Positions 62,007-64,000 of a stretch of 64,000 nucleotides of DNA are shown here, piece after piece. Below the pieces are notes generated by a model. That model did not search any database and was not told the origin of the DNA. It saw only the letters and a program-made list of their open reading frames with translations. The DNA lies in NCBI GenBank assembly GCA_043228905.1, contig JBHGNT010000027.1, positions 62,001 to 126,000 of the forward strand, read 5' to 3'. The position numbers and the translations under genes were made by a program. The stretch comes from Azolla caroliniana. Its lineage: Eukaryota; Plantae; Polypodiophyta. The number at the start of each line of letters is the position of its first letter. The first letter of the stretch is position 1.

Positions 62007-62079
62007 AGGAGAATAGTTCCAATGGTAGAACAATGGTCTCCAAAACCAAAGGTTAAGGGTTCGAATCCCTTTTCTCCTG
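62007..62079 (+). tRNA. trnW-CCA: tRNA-Trp(CCA), copy 2
   Basis: Inverted copy of 30618-30690. Confidence 0.92.
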
Positions 62080-62833
62080 ATTACCTGGCTTGGTACGAAG
62101 AGGTTGCGGGTCTCTTTACCTTGTTTTATCACCGGAATAGTCGAGACGACCTAGAATAGGCCTCTCTCCAAGTCCATACATGTCTATTGCCAGGGTTCTT
62201 CCTCATCCATAATACTCTGCTTTCCAGATCTCGAGGATGTTGGAGTAGAACAGGCGGCATATAATTCAAAAGAACCATCGGTATCAGTACCGATGCCGTA
62301 CATGGTACTATTATGTATGTATGTATGTTAGGATACGCATCAGAGTAAAATGACGTAGCTTCGCCACTATCTAGTTGGATTTCCATTGAAACATTACCAA
62401 ATTAGATTTTCCGCACCTATTTCTTTCAGAACAGCTAGCCAAGTCAGACCTTGGGCCTATCTCTATAGGTTGGTTTTTCAGATCCCATCACTCCAGGCTC
62501 AGTCGATCTTGGATCTTGCTCAATAGATCATATCTTTGGTATCTCACTGCCTGCGGTTCATCGCTGAAGGCGTTTGTTTAACTGTCTGTGCGGGGTCCAT
62601 CGCTTCGCCTAGTCCTTGCACATGGTAGCACTTGGTTGCACTCATTCCTTCTTCGCATGGCTTAATGCATGCAAGAAGTATCCGTTCCGTAAAGGCAACG
62701 TTTCTCCAAGAAAGAAGAGCGAGGCATGCGGCGTTGCCGATGAAAGGCGGCGATGCCTTCCAAGCCGAGTGAGAAGAATGACTCAGACAAGAAGGCTATG
62801 AATGAGCAATGCTTTGAATGCCGCCTTAGGATC

Positions 62834-62905
62834 CTGGAGTAAAAGGATTCGAACCTTTGCGTGTCGGTATCAAAAACCGATGCCTTACCGCTTGGCTATA
62901 CTCCA
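62834..62905 (-). tRNA. trnQ-UUG: tRNA-Gln(UUG), copy 2
   Basis: Inverted copy of 29792-29863. Confidence 0.92.
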
Positions 62906-63008
62906 TACAGTGGTAACCAAGGAAGAGAAGCAAAGCTCAGAGAACGGAATTTGCTTGCTGGGCGCAGCAAAGTAGTGAAAGACTGGCGAGTTAGGTATGG
63001 CAAGTAAA

Positions 63009-63082
63009 TAGGCTTAGTAGGGCTCGAACCTACAATATTACCGTTATGAGCGGTACGTTTCAACCAATTAAACTATAAGCCC
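63009..63082 (-). tRNA. trnI-CAU: tRNA-Ile(CAU), copy 2
   Basis: Inverted copy of 29615-29688. Confidence 0.9.
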
Positions 63083-63693
63083 ACTGCTGGCTGGCTGGCT
63101 GGCTGTTAGCCCTCTCAAGTAATGGAGTCGATGGATCTGTTGAGGGCAAAGCAGCCATATTTTTCTCCTTGAAAGATTAAGGACATAAACTTTTCAAATA
63201 GCTACACCTGGTTCTGGACCGATTGATGTGGATACAGAAGAGCAGGATGTGCTACCCATCATGGATAGCATAGTTCGAGCAACACTGAACTGAAAGGTAT
63301 GACTGAAGTGTAATCGTTTTGTTGGCAGGCAAATAGACGACATATTCCTAGGGGGTTTTTTACCGATGCAGCACGCACGAAAAAATCGACTCGACTTTTC
63401 TTCGATGATTTAGACAGAGATTTCACCACCTACCACGAGTGGAATGGCAAGGTTCTGCCAGGACACCCAGCGGCAAGACAACCGTGAAAGGAAAGGCAGG
63501 GCCAAAGGATTATCATCCATCTCAGCCAGCGCGGAAAGAAAAGAAAAGAAGAGCTCTGCTTGCTCTTTTTGACAATAATTTCGCTACTCCAGTCATGGGC
63601 AGCATTATTACATGCATAGGGCGGACCCGAGCTCTTTTCGCTGCAGTTTTCCCTACGGCTTTCCTCCCCTCCTTTGGAAGTGTCAGCTAACTC

Positions 63694-64000
63694 CTGGAAT
63701 CCCCCTTTCCCTCCTTCTAAGAAAACCATGCTCGGTTAGATCAGTGTGGACTGATGTTTCGTTCCACTGCTGCTGGAAAAGCCGCCAAATTCGTCACTGA
63801 CTGGAGAGCGGGAACGACTCACTATCTCGTCTTATTCTCAGAGGCGAGAATGCTCTCAAATGGCTAACGGTGCTTTCAACTAAAGTTCCATTTCTTAACA
63901 CAGCGAGGCTTATACTGTTTATTCGTACGACAATGCGCGACGCTCCACTATCCCATTGAAAAAGGATTCCGCAATCATTTACGTACTTAAACGCAGACTG
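63694..64000 (-). CDS. atp4: atp4 3' part, copy 2 (5' part off window)
   Basis: Inverted copy of 28697-29003. Confidence 0.8.

Larger units (their letters stand above)
57839..64000 (-). repeat. Large inverted repeat, copy 2 (continues past the window)
   Basis: Reverse complement of 28697-34858. Confidence 0.97.

Overview
This window is plant mitochondrial DNA, most likely from a leptosporangiate fern. The evidence is the intron set (nad1i258g2, atp1i361g2, cox1i395g1), a chlamydial-type trnR-UCG, and very dense predicted C-to-U and U-to-C RNA editing. The supplied ORF track misses nearly all real genes because starts are written ACG and most Gln/Arg codons are written TAA/TAG/TGA. Read by hand, the window holds nad7 (4 exons), nad1 (4 exons), rps12-rps7, atp6, atp4, nad4L, cob, nad3, cox1 (2 exons), atp1 exon 2 only, rrn5, about 15 tRNA species, and decayed linear-plasmid DNA and RNA polymerase genes. 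There is a >=4.9 kb direct repeat, a >=6.1 kb inverted repeat and a 0.78 kb direct repeat. Main highlights: (1) the 26S rRNA gene is split inside a group I intron whose P7 catalytic helix can only form between the two pieces, and a shared ~60 bp repeat could recombine the pieces back into cis; (2) atp1 exon 2 carries only the 3' end of its group II intron; (3) a leucine-type tRNA has a Gln anticodon and a microsatellite expanded inside it; (4) one predicted edit creates both the rps12 stop and the rps7 start; (5) cox1 and nad3 lack their usual start codons; (6) a family of palindromic dispersed elements. All editing events are inferred from DNA only, and homology calls are from memory of conserved sequences, not from database searches.
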